From Pristiophorus japonicus (taxonomy: Eukaryota): a stretch of DNA of 53,844 bases. A model generated the notes under the pieces. That model saw only the letters and a program-made list of their open reading frames with translations. It was not told the DNA's origin and did no database searches. The translations under genes were made by a program, and so were the position numbers. The number at the start of each line of letters is the position of its first letter. The stretch's first letter is position 1. Positions 38,601-51,100 of this stretch are shown here, in pieces. The stretch is taken from positions 1 to 53,844 of the forward strand of contig NW_027251303.1 in assembly GCF_044704955.1 (NCBI RefSeq), written 5' to 3'.

Positions 38601-39554
38601 TATCACACACTGGCAGCTGATGAGACGCGTGGACACAAACTCCAAGTTTGAACGAGTGATAGCTTAGTGGGCAGTAGCTTGTCAGGCCTTTGATCAGCAA
38701 ATCTGCTGAATTCCCATCGTCCAATCCCAACTCTACAATCCTCCACCTCATGACTCCATTCTCCTGGCTCTGGCCTGTCGAGCACCTAATTCCCGTGTCC
38801 GCCCATTGGTAATAAATCTTTCTGCCGCATGGGATCTACTCTTTGGGATTCGCTTCAATCTTCTCTGTCTTCCCACTGCCACAGCCAATCACGTCATCCC
38901 ACCTTTCCATGCCAGGCACTTACTCCTGCTTCACTGCCATGCATTCTGCCATTCATTCCTGCTACTGTCCTTCCCACTACCATCCACGCCCTCCCTCCCG
39001 ACACTGCTATCCATTTCCCTCAACTTCCTGCTGCTGTCCATTGTCCCCTCCCTCTAACAGCCTCCCATTCTTTTCTCCCTCTTCCACTGCCATCCATTCT
39101 CTCATCTCTCCTTGACATCCATTTTCCTGCCTGCTCTCGCTATCCATTTTGTTTCCCTGACCATTTATTCCCCCCTCCCCCGCTTCTCCCTGTGTTTGCC
39201 AATGAATGCACTGGACAGATGCATCACTAATGGCCTGCACTGCTGCCTTTCATCAGAATGTGAGTATCTGCCCACACTGAGACAGATATCCTGGCCATTG
39301 GAACTGAGACAGATATCCTGGCCATTAGCACTGAGAGAGTGCTGAGAGGAGAGAGCAGGACTGGGGGGCACTATGGGGCCTGACTGTGACGATTTTTGTT
39401 CTGATACACTAACACGCTGACTGGGACCCCAAAACCCCAAAACATTGTCTGCCCCTGCAAAGCACCGATGGTTGGCAACTGAGTCCAAATCAAATCACAG
39501 GCGCTCTCTCGAATGAGGATGACTTGACAATGAGAATGAGAATGAGAATGAGGA

Positions 39555-40820
39555 TTGACAAATCTTCTGGAATTTTTTGAGGATGCAACTAGTAGAGTGG
39601 ACAAGGGAGAACCAGTGGCTGTGGTGTATTTGGACTTTCAAAGGGTTTTGAAAGAGGTCCCACACGAGAGATTGGTGTGCAAAATTAAAGTACATGGTAT
39701 TGGGGGTAATGTACTGACGTGGATAGAGAACTGGTTGGAAGACAGGAAGCAGAGTTGGGATAAACGGGTCCTTTTCAGAATGGCAGGCAGTGACTAGTGG
39801 AGTGCCGCAGGGCTCAGTGCTGGGACCACAGCTATTTACAATATACAGTAATGATTTAGATGAAGGAATTGAGTGTAATATCTCCAAGTTTGCAGATGAC
39901 ATTAAGCTGGGTGGCGATGTGAGCTGTGGAGGGGAGGCTAAGAGGCTGCAGGGTGATTTAGACAGGTTAGGTGAGTGGGCAAATGCATGGCAGATGCAGT
40001 ATAATGTGGATAAATGTGAGGTTATCCACTTTGGGGGCAAAAACACGAAGGCAGAATATTATCTGAATGGTGGCAGATTAGGAAAGGGGGAGGTGCAACG
40101 AGACCTGGGTGTCATGGTTCATCAGTCATTGAAAGTTGGCATACAGGTTCAGCAGGTGGTGAAGAAGGCAAATGGTATGTTGGCCTTCATAGCTAGGGGA
40201 TTTGATTTATAGAGCAGGGAAGTCTTACTGCAGTTGTACAGGGCCTTGGTGATGCCTCACCTGGAATATTGTGTTCAGTTTTGGTCTCCTAATCTGAGGA
40301 AGGACGTTCTTGCTATTGAGGGAGTGCAGCAAAGGTTCACCAGACTGATTCCAGGGACGGCGAGACTGACATATGAGGAGAGACTGGATCAACTGGGCCT
40401 TTATACACTGGAATTTAGAAGGATGAGAGGGGATCTCATAGAAACTTACAAGATTCTGACGGGACTGGACAGGTTAGATGCGGGAAGAATGTTCCCGATG
40501 ATGGGGAAGTCCAGAATCAAGGGACACAGTCTTAGGATAAGGGGTAGGCCATTTAGGACTGAGATAAGGAGAAACTTCTTCACTCAGAGAGTTGTTAAGC
40601 TGTGGAATTCCCTACCGCAGAGTTTTGTTGATGCCAGTTCATTGGATATATTCAAGAGGGAGTTAAATATGGCCCTTACAGCTAAAGGGATCAAGGGGTA
40701 TGGAGAGAAAGCAGGAAAGGGTTACTGAGGGAATGTTCAGCCATGATCTTATTGAATGGTGGTGCAGGCTCGAAGGGCCGAATGGCCTACTCTTGCACCT
40801 ATTTTCTATGTTTCTATGTT
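39555..40820 (+). mobile_element. CR1 3' portion (RT) inserted into the RTE-tailed SINE
   Basis: LTNLLEFF, GVPQGSVLGP, FADD and HLEYCVQFWSP with a (ttctatgt)n tail; preceded by an (aatgag)n filler. Confidence 0.95.
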
Positions 40821-41090
40821 TCCACATGGGTCCACAGGTGTTTCAATGAAGGACCCGATGTTCCAGTCCTGAACTTCAACTGAAGGGGTGGAAAATGTCA
40901 GTGCGTGGATTTGTTTAACGTGTGGTGGCCGTTGCACATCAGCCACCACACGGGCTTAACAGAGCTAGGCCTTTATCCAGTGGCAAGAGTTAACCAGGAC
41001 GACTGGAGACCTGCTCTGCTGCACCGACCTAATACATGCACATATCGCAGTGTGGGCTGGTCCGTGTGGCCACAATCTCTCGCCACTCCT
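40821..41090 (-). mobile_element. Inverted copy of the RTE-tailed SINE-like element (remainder; its 3' tip is at 39497-39528)
   Basis: Reverse complement of ~31815-32070, e.g. cagccaccacacgggctt.acagagctagg and ttaacca.gac.actggagacc. Confidence 0.75.
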
Positions 41091-41308
41091 CCACCACAAA
41101 CATTCGGGGGGGCCGGGGGTGACCAAATAGGTGCAGACACCCAAACCAGGTGCCATTCAGGACACAACTATGAGTGTGTGTATGCCATCACAACTGAGTA
41201 ATCAGGCTCGATGGGTTCACATGGAGCTTGTTCGATTGAATATCTTTGGATCTGCAATTTTTTACAAAGCAGTTGGTTCTCCAGAACTGTTACAAATTTC
41301 ACCCTTGG

Positions 41309-41530
41309 CAGGACAAATCTGGTTTGTGGTATTCACCCTGTAGTTATAGGATGTAGTTGTAGGTATGGGACCAGCAGTAAATCAGGACAAACCTGGTTTG
41401 TGGTATTCACCCTGTAGTTATAGGATGTAGTCGGAGGTATGGGACCAGCAGTAAATCAGGACAAACCTGGTTTGTGGTATTCACCCTGTAGTTATAGGAT
41501 GTAGTCGGAGGTATGGGACCAGCAGTAAAT
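41309..41530. repeat. 74-bp tandem repeat, 3 copies
   Basis: ggacaa recurs at 41311, 41385 and 41459 with near-identical intervening sequence. Confidence 0.95.
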
Positions 41531-42394
41531 CTGGTCTTGTCTGGGAATAATGGAAGTGTCAGCCAGGTCACCTGCACTCCCATTTTCCATTTGCTGTGCC
41601 TGTTTCTGACTCCACATTGAGTTGATTGGTCTGTGATCGCTTGTTTAAAATCATTTCAGAACCCTTTAAAACTTGCCTTCACAACCTTGCTGATAAACAC
41701 TCTTCTAGTCTCTGAATTCCATTCACATTATTGACTCCTACGTGACATGGTGTTGCTTGGAGCTCGTTCATGCTGCTCCCAGTTTGTTATAATGCAGGCC
41801 TCCGTTTATAGATTACAAAGTCAACACCTTTTGGTCTTTGGAGAAATAAACTGTAAGCTTTCTTGTCGGCTGGTTATACTCGTTACCAACACCTTCCCTA
41901 ACCCCATGTCTCGCAATGTATGGGAAATATTGAGTGTTTGTTCACCCAAACAATGAAGTGACTGCCAAGTTTCCTGGTCCAATCTTTCACATCCACCTCT
42001 CTGACACATTTCAAACCTCTTTCTCCACTTGTCCTATCGTGTCCTGAGTTGTGAAACTCAAAGACTGGGAAAGGAAATCAGCTCTCAGACTGTGCTTTGC
42101 TCCCTCTGTGACTGTGTTTATCTGCAGGCCCCAGAACACTCTCTCTTTCATCAGCCTGTTTCCTTATGGCATGTTCTCAGTGGCTGGACGGCATTTTTAT
42201 CAAGTTGGGGATATCCTTTACTTCATGCTTCTCTCCACGCACTGTACAAGACTGATTGGATCGGACTTTTTTTGGTTATACATTTAAGGAAAATGTGTAG
42301 ATTACTGAATAACAACGCCGTCATCCCAGAGAATTCTTAAACCAGCATCAGCAATGTATTGGACAATGTAACTATCATTTGTATTTTGTTGTAG

Positions 42395-42436
42395 AACTCC
42401 GGAGATCGTCTGGAGGATCCAAATGCCACGTACATG
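42395..42436 (+). CDS. Exon: cytoplasmic 2, first half of ITAM
   Basis: tattttgttgtag|AAC ... ATG|gtaaga, phase 0-0. Encodes NSGDRLEDPNATYM. Confidence 0.82.
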
Positions 42437-42538
42437 GTAAGAAACTCCAAATTCAGAACGTTAATACATTCCAAATAACCCTTCATTGGGCACGTGTTAC
42501 TAGATTGCTGATTCTATCATTGCTCTGTTCCCTGTTAG

Positions 42539-42581
42539 GCATTACAGCAACCGGATCAGTCCATATACAGTGAGCTTAAAG
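42539..42581 (+). CDS. Exon: cytoplasmic 3, second half of ITAM
   Basis: ctctgttccctgttag|GCA ... AAA G|gtatgt, phase 0-1. Encodes ALQQPDQSIYSELK; joined to the previous exon it gives YMAL-QQPDQSI-YSEL. Confidence 0.82.
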
Positions 42582-43109
42582 GTATGTTTCTCTCACACTT
42601 GACAAGGGTAGAGGCAAAGCGTGTGATATCGGTCACTTTTTGTATAAATGGCGAAACTGTGGGAAACCTAAAATGGATCCATAGCAGCAACACTGCCTGG
42701 AATAGACCGAGAGCAATGGGCCCAGTGTGGTAACGGGCCATCAGTAGCCCAGTACGGTGATGGATTGAATGTTGTGTGGTGATGAACAGCTTTCACTAAA
42801 TCATTAACACCCACAGCCGCACACACACAAATCCTCTCCTTTGTTCACACTGAGTATTGTAACCAGGTTAAAAGTAGCCAGCACACTTCATTTTCTGATT
42901 CAACATTTTCCATTGGTGTCGAGGGTTAAGCAAGTTATTGGGCCTGATTTTTCCAACAAGAGCTATGTCACATTAATTCTGGGAAAATAGACCATAATAA
43001 TCAAGGAAAAGCTACATACTAGCCGGCCACTTACACTCCGATAACCAGTCATTACTTGTCACTGTTATTTCAGAGATAAACACATCTCCCGCTGATCAAT
43101 TTTTCAACC

Positions 43110-46100
43110 TCAGAATGATACAGGGACTGAAAGGGTTAAATGATTGCATCAATTGGATTGTATTGCCTTCAGTTTCGAAGGTCGAGGGGTGATCTAATCG
43201 AGGTGTTAAAATGTTAAAGGGATTCTGTAAAGTCCTTACTCTACTGCATGAAACCACACGGGGCACCTTCCAGGGACAAGGCCACTACGTGACCTGAACT
43301 CTTTATTTAGTATCCAGAATTGATGACCCTGTGTGGGACCTCCCTTTATATACCTGAGTGATCAGGTAAGGAGTGTCTCCCACAAGTTCACCCCTTGTGG
43401 TCAAGGTGTGCATCTCAGTTGAGTGCATACAGTAATACAGTGGTGTTACATTGTAGTTACAAACATGACATCACCTTCCCCCCACCCCCAAAGTCTTATT
43501 GGGATCATAGGTTCAGTCTTTCAGGTGGTCTACGCTCCCTCGTGGAGCGCTGCAGTTGGGGCTCTGGTTGTTGAACACTGACGTGAGTGTCTGTCCCCTG
43601 TGGTGATTCCGGCCTGTCCGGGCTGACCTCAGGGACTGTGCATTCTTCTGATTGTTTTTGTTGCACATTCACTGGCGGTAGTGTGAGCTCCATCTCATGG
43701 TCTTCTTCAGCTTCCTGCGTGTCATTGCTGAACCTTTTCTTTACTTGGTCCAGATGCTTTCGGCATATCTGGCCATTGTTGAGTTGACTCTATTCCCTTC
43801 TTTGTCTATTACAGTACCCTCGAGCCATTTGGGTCCCATTGCGTGATTGAGGACGAATACAGGATCATTTATTTCTATACATCTCCCCCTCGAATTACGG
43901 TCATGGTACTCGTTTTGTGACTTGCGCTTGCCCTCAACTATGTCAGTCAGGACTGGGTGGATGAGGGACAACCGAGTTTGGAGTGTCCGTTTCTTTAGTA
44001 ACTCCGCGGGCGGGACCACCGTGAGCGAGTGCGGGCGGGATCTATAGGCCAGCAGGAGGCGCGATAGGTGGCATTGTAGGGAGGGTCCTTGAATCCTGAG
44101 CATACCTTGCTTAACGATTTAGACCGCACATTCCGCCTGGCCATTGGAGGCTGGCTTCAATGATGCAGTCCTGAAATCGTTGATGCCATTGCCTGACATA
44201 AACTGCCGGAATTCATAACTTGTGAAACACGGGCCATTGTCACTAACCAGGAGTCTGGCAAGCCATGGGTTGCGAAGATCGCATGTAGGCTTTCCACGGT
44301 GGTGGATGATGTGCATGAATTCAGGATGATGCAGTCGATCTATTTCGAGTACGCATCTACAACGATAAGGAACATCTTACCCACGAACGGGCCCGTGTAG
44401 TCAACGTGAATGCGTGACCATAGCTTGGTGGGCCAGGGCCACTGGCTGAGTGGGGCCTCCCTGGGGGCATTACCCAGCTGGGAACATGTCGTGCACCTTC
44501 AAACACAGTGTTGCAGGTCTGAGTCAATTTCAGGCCACCAAACGTGTGACCGGGCAATGGCCTTCATCATCACAATGCCTGGGTGCTCTCTGTGGAGTTC
44601 CCTGATGAACGCCTCCCTGCCCTTCTGGGGCATAACTACCCGGCTGCCCCATAGTAGGCAGTCAGCTTGGACAGAAAGCTCATCCATCCGCCTGTGGAAC
44701 GGGCGCCCAATCCCCAGTCAGGACACATTTCTTAATCAGGGATAGGAGGGGATCCCTCTTTGTCCAGATTTTGATCTGGCGGGCTGTGATGGGGGAGCCT
44801 GCACTGCTGAAAGCATCGACAGCCATGACCAACTCAGCGCTTTGCTCAGCTGCCCCCTCAGTGGTGGCCAGTGGAAGCCTGATGAGCGTGTCAGCGCAAT
44901 TTTCAGTGCCAGGCCGGTGCCGGATGGAGTAGTCATAGGTAGCCAGCGTGAGAGCCCATTGCTGTATGTGAGCTGATGCGTTGGCATTGACAGGCTTGCT
45001 GTCTGACAACAGGGATGTGAGTGGCTTATGGTCCATTTCCAATTCAAACTTTCTACCAAAGAGGTACTGATGCATTTCTTTACACCATAGACACATGCGA
45101 GCACTTCCTTCTCAACCATCCCATACCCGCTTTCTGCTTGAGAGAGCGACCTGGAGGCATAAGCCACAGGTTGTAGCTGACTCTCAGCATTACCCTGCTG
45201 CAACACGCACCCAAACCCATAGGACGAAGCATCACAAGTCAGAACTAAACTTTTACAGGGGTCATACAGGGTCAACAGCTTGTTAGAACACAGTAGGTTT
45301 CGCGCTCGATCGAAAGCACATTCCTGACAGTCCCCCCAAAACCAATTGCAGCCCTTACGCAGGAGCACGTGTAGCGGCTCCAACAACGTGCTCAAGTTCG
45401 GCAGAAAGTTCCCGAAATAGTTCAACAGTCCCAGGCATGAACGCAGCTCCGATGTGTTGCAGGGCCTGGGTGCTCGTCGAATCGCCTCTGTTTTGGATTC
45501 GGTGGGCCAAATCCCATCTGCAGCAACCCTCCTGCTCAGAAACTCAACCTCGGGAGCTAAAAACATGCATTTAGATTTCTTGAGTCGCAGGCCTACCCGG
45601 TCCAGTCGGCGTAGCACCTCCTCCAGGTTGTGGAGGTGTTCCTCGGTGTCTCGACCCGTGATGAGGATGTCGTCCTGGAATACAATCGTGCCAGGAATTG
45701 ATTTAAGCAGGCTTTCCATGTTGCGTTGAAAGATCGCGGCCGCTGATCGAATGCCAAACGGGCACCTGTTATACGCAAACAGTCCCTTGTGCGTGGTGAT
45801 GGTGATCAGCAGTTCAGATTCGTCGGCCAGTTCCTGGGTCATATAGGCTGATTGAGGTCCAACTTGGTGAACAGCTTGCTGCCTGCCAGCGTGGCGAAGA
45901 GGTCCTCCGCTCTTGGGAGCGGGTATTGGTCTTGTAGGGACACCCGATTGATGGTGGCCTTGTAGTCGCCACAGATCCTGACAGAACCATCTGCTTTCAG
46001 AACGGGGACAATGGGGCTCGCCCAGTCGCTGAATTCAACAGGCGAGACGATGCCCTCTCTCAACAGCTGGTCCAATTCGCTCTCAATTTTCTCCCGCATC

Positions 46101-48005
46101 ACATACGGCACCGCTCTGGCTTTGTGGTGCACTGGCCTGGCGTCTGGGGTGATGTGTATCACTACTTTGGTGCCTTTGAATGTCCCGACGCCAGGTTGGA
46201 ACAGTGACTTGAATTGTTGTAGGACTTATGAGGACCACGGATGACATTGCGTGAACATCCCCCCATTTCCAGTTCATCTCGGCTAACCAGCTCCTCCCAA
46301 CAATGCGGGCCCATTTCCCGGGACAATCCAGAGCGGCAGCCGGTTCACCGAGCCATTGTGTGTGACAGCCAACATTGCACTGCCTAGCACCGGAATGATT
46401 TCTTTGGTTTACGTCCTTAATTGCGTCTCGATGAGTTGTAATTTGGGTCTGCTGGCTTTGCGTGGCCATAATTTCGCGAATTGCTGAACGCTAATGAGTG
46501 ACTGGCTGGCCCCCGTGTCCAGCTCCATGTGTACCGGGATGCTGTTCAACAAAACCCTCATCATCATTGGTGGCGTTTTGGTGTATGAACTGTGAATATT
46601 CACCGCATGGACCCGCTGAACCTCGGCATCCATCGGTTTGCCCCAAAAGTCATCCTGCCTCACAGAACCCTCTTTTGGTCCATCTGCCTCAAATATCAGT
46701 CTGGTTGCAGGCTTTCTGCACAGACGGGCTAAATGGCCACTGAGGTTGCAGTTTCTGCAAACGAACTGTTGGAACCTGCAAGATCTGGCTGAGTGTTTTC
46801 CCCCACACCTCCAACACAAGTTAAAGTTTCCATTGTTGGGGACGAAAGGGCTGTGGCCAGTGATTCCGCGCTGACTGTCCCTTTGACTGCTCTTAAGTAC
46901 CCTATTAGTGGGTGTCAATGGCTCCATCCCGGGCCACATTGTCCACTGTGATGGCGTGAACGTCCGTTCAGCCTGCCATTGTCTTTGTTGAGGTCCTACT
47001 CTGGGGTCTATTGCTGCCTGGGGAGTGTCGGACTGCCCCTGCCTGCCTGCGGGGCTCTGAGTAGCATGGAGCACGTTGACGCCCTGATCCATCGCCGTGT
47101 TGGAGACAGAATTGCGCGCGTAAATCATTTTCGTCTCTTCCTCCCCCGCCATGAAAGTCTGAGCCAACAACGCCGCCGCTTCAAGGTCAAGTCCTTGGTC
47201 TCAATTAACTTGTGAAAGATTCTCACATGACCGATACCTTCAATAAAGAAGACCCTTAGCATCTCCCCACTGCAGGCATCTGTGAACTTACAGAGGCTGG
47301 TCAAACGCCGGAGGTCCACTACAAAGTCCGGTATGCTCTGCCCTTCACAATGTGTAGAATCTGTGTCGAGCCATGTGTATGCTGCTCACCAGCTTGAGGT
47401 GCTCCCCAATCAACTTGCTAAGCTCCTCAAAGGTTTTGTCCGACGGCTTCTCAGGTGCCAGGAAGTCCTTCATGAGCGCATAAGTCTTTGGTCCACAGCT
47501 GGTCAAGAGATGAGCCCGACGCTTGTCGGCCGCTGCATCCCCCAGCCAGTCTTTCGTCACAAAACTCTGCTGAAGCCTCTCAACAAAATCGTCCCAGTCT
47601 TCCCCAACATAGTACCGTTCATCTGTGTTACCGGTGGCCATTCTCGTGGGTCGTGAGTTCCCGTTTCTCGTCGCCAATGTAAAGTCCTTACTCCACTGCA
47701 TGAAACCACACGAGGCACATTCCAGGGACAAGGCTACTACGTGACCTGAACTCTTTATTCAGTACTCCAGAAGTGATGACCCTGTGTGTGACCTCCCTTT
47801 ATATACCTGTGTGATCAGGTAAGGAGTGTCTCCCACAAGTTCACCCCTTGTGGTCAAGGTGTGCATCTCAGTTGAGTGCATACAGTAATACAGTGGTGTT
47901 ACATTGCAGTTACAAAATGACAGATTTGATGGGGTAGATTGAGAGAAACTATTTTCTCTGATGGGAGAATTAAGAACAAGACGGCATAATCTTAAAATGA
48001 GAGTT
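43110..48005 (+). mobile_element. Old CR1 3' fragment split by the Gypsy insertion (43110-43225 and 47923-48005)
   Basis: ggggtgatctaatcgaggtgttaaaatgttaaagggattc continues after the LTR element as gatggggtagat..gagaaactatttt...agaacaag..ggcataatcttaaaat. Confidence 0.75.
43226..47922 (-). mobile_element. Full-length but decayed Gypsy LTR retrotransposon (Mag / K02A2.6-like)
   Basis: TG..CA LTRs at 43226-43470 and 47678-47922. PBS TGGCGACGAG lies next to the right LTR and a PPT next to the left LTR. Gag has two Cys/His knuckles; PR LDTGA, RT FQDDIL, RNase H TCDASSYG, IN HPGIVMMK..ARSHVWW and VSDNGPCF, in Gypsy order. Frameshifts present. TSD gattc/gattt. Confidence 0.96.
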
Positions 48006-48119
48006 GAGGAGGGAAACAGTTCCAGCAGCAGTCCCTGATGGTGATCAGGAGTGGCAATGTGACCAGATTTTATCCCTCTCCAGCCCATGGCTCCTCAACT
48101 GCCACTGTTGGAGACAACA

Positions 48120-51100
48120 CAGATCATTATTACTGAAACATGGCTGAAAGGGCAGGACTGGCAGCATAACATTCCTGGTTACAGGGTTTTCAGACGTGAT
48201 AGAGAGGGAGATAAAAAGGAGGGGGGGTCCCAATATTGGTTAAAGAAACAATTACAACTGTGAGGAGGGATGATACATTAGAAAGATCATCAAATAAGTC
48301 CATATGGGTTCAACTGAAGATCAAAAAAGAGCCAATTACACTGCTGGGAGTGTATTATAGGCCCCCAAACAGTCAGAGGGGACAGGAGAACAAATATGGC
48401 CACATTTCTGAGAAGTGCAAAAACAATAGGCAGTAATAGTAGGGGATTTCAACTACCCTAACATGAACTGGGATAGCATCAGTGTAAAAGGTATAGAGAG
48501 CACAGAATTCACAAAATGCAATCGAGAACATTTATAGCCAACACACAGCAAACCCAACAAGAGAGAGGCGGTTCTGGCCTTAGTTTTAGGGAATGATGCT
48601 GGAGAGGTGGAAGGGGTATCAATGGGGGAGCATTTTGGTGATAGTGATCATAATTCAGTTAGATTTAGTGTAGTTATGGAAAGGAGAAAGATAAACCAAG
48701 AGTAAAAGTTCTCAGTTGGGGAAAGGCCAATTTTAATAAGCTGAGATGTGACTTAGCAAAAGTGGAGTGGAAACAGCGACAAAGGTAAATCAGTGTTGGG
48801 GCAGTGGGAGGCATTCAAGGAGGAGATAGTGGTGGTTCAGAGCAAATATGTTCTCTCAAAGAAAAAGGGTGGGACTCCCACATCTAGAGCTCCCCAGATG
48901 TCAAGGGAGATACAGGGTGGGATAAGGCAAAAAAGGGAAGCTTATATTGGATACCGAGAGTTAGAAAGTGCAGAGGTGACATTAAAAAGGGAATTCAGAA
49001 AGCAAAGAGAGGGTTTGAAAAAATATTGGCAAGTAAAATCGCGGAAAACCCAAAGATGTTTTATAAATACATAAAGAGCAAGAGGATAACGAAAAAAAGA
49101 GTAGGGTCTATTAGAGACCATAAAGGTAACCTGTGTGTGGAGGTGGAAGACATGGGTATGGGTCTTGATGAATACGTTGCATCTGTCCTCACAAAAGAGA
49201 GGGATGATGCAGACATTGTAGTTAAGGAGGAGGAGTGTAATATATTAGATGAGATAAATATAGTGAGACAGGAGATATAAGGGGGTTTAGCATCTTTGAA
49301 AGTGGATAAATTGCCAGGCCTGGATGAAATGCATCCCAGGCTGTTAAGAGAAGCAAGGAAGGAAATAGCGGAGGCTCTGACCATCATTTTTCAATCCTCT
49401 CAGGCTACATGTGTGGTACTGGAGGACTGCTAATGTTGTACCGTTGTTTAAAAAGGGAGAAAGGGATAGACCAAGTAATTACAGCCCAGTCAGCCTAACC
49501 ACGGTGGTGGGGAAATTGTTGGCAAAAGTTCTGAGGGACAATATTAATTAATCATCATTTAAAAAGGCATGGATTAACCAAGGATAATCAGCATGGATTT
49601 GTTAAGGGAAGGTCGTGTCTGACTTACTTGATTGAGTTTTTTGAGGAGGTAACGAGGATGTTTGATGAGAGTAGTGCTTGTCTGCATGGATTTTTAGCAA
49701 GGCCTTTGACAAGATCCCACATGGCAAACTGGTCAGGAAAGTAAAAGCCCAGAGGATCCAAGGGGAAGTGGCAAGTTGGATCCAAAATTGTCTCAGTGGC
49801 AGGAAGCAAAGGGTAATGGCCAACGGGTGTATTTGTGACTGGAAGGCTGTTTCCAATGGGGTTCCACAGGGCTCAGTACTGGGGCCCTTGCTTTTTGTAG
49901 TATGCGTCAATGATTTATATTCCAATGTAGTTTGAAGATGATATAAAATTGACCGTGTGGTTGACAGTGAAGAAGAAAGCTTCAGACAAGTGGGAGAAAG
50001 GTGGCAAATGGAAATCACCCCAGAGAAATATCAGGTATTCCATTTGAGGATGGCTAACAAGGCAAGGGAATACACAATAAATGGTAGGACACTGAGAGGT
50101 GTAGAGGGACAGAGGGACCTTGGAGTGTATGTCTGCAGATCCCTGAAGGTAGCAGGAAGGTAACAGCAGGACCCACCTCCCCACCCCTGACCCAGCCATT
50201 CCCACCCCCGACCCCCGACCCAGCCACCCCTGACCCCCGACCCAGCCACCCCCGCCCCTGACCCCTCCCCACCTCCCCCCGACCTTCCCTACCCCCCCGA
50301 CCCCCGACCCTCCCCCACCCCGGACCTTCCCCACCCCCCAGACCCCCGGCCCGCCCCCACCCCCCGACCCTCCCCCACCCCCAACCTTCCTCCACCCCTC
50401 CCCCCAGACCCCCGACCCACCCACCCCCGATCCTCCCCCCCGATCTTCCCCAGACCCCCGGCCCGCCCCCACCCCCCCCCCCCGACCCTCCCCCACCCCT
50501 GACCCGACCACCGACCCTCCTCCACCCCCGACCCTCCCCCCACCCCCCCAGACCGCCCCCATCCCCCAGACCCTCCCCCACCCCGGACCTTCCCCACCCC
50601 CCAGACCCCCGGCCCGCCCCCGACCCTCCTCCACCCCCAACCCTCCCCCCCACCCACCCACCCCCGACCCTCTCCCCCCGATCTTCCCCAGACCCCCGGC
50701 CCACTCCCACCCCCCCGACCCTCCTCCACCCCCAACCCTCCCCCCCACCCACCCACCCACCCCCGACCCTCCCCCCCCGATCTTCCCCAGACCCCCGGCC
50801 CACCCCCACCCCCACGACCCTCCCCCACCCCTGACCCGACCCACCGACCCTCCTCCACCCCCGACCCTCCCCCACCCCCCCCGGCCCGCCCCCATCCCCC
50901 AGACCCTCCCCCACCCCCCAGACCCCTGACCTTCCCCCATCCCCCAGACCCCTGACCCTCCCCCACCCCCCTGACCCCCGACCCTCCTCTACCCCGTGAC
51001 CCTCCCCCACCCCCCTGACCCCCGACCCTCCCCCCTCCTCCACCACTCTCCCCCACCCTCTGACCTTCGACCTACCCCCACCCATCAGAGAGCTGCGGAA

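Noticed and set aside
41600-42350. Possible decayed transposon coding remnant or extra cytoplasmic exon
   Set aside because: I could not identify a convincing motif, and the flanking exons already join in phase 0 without it.
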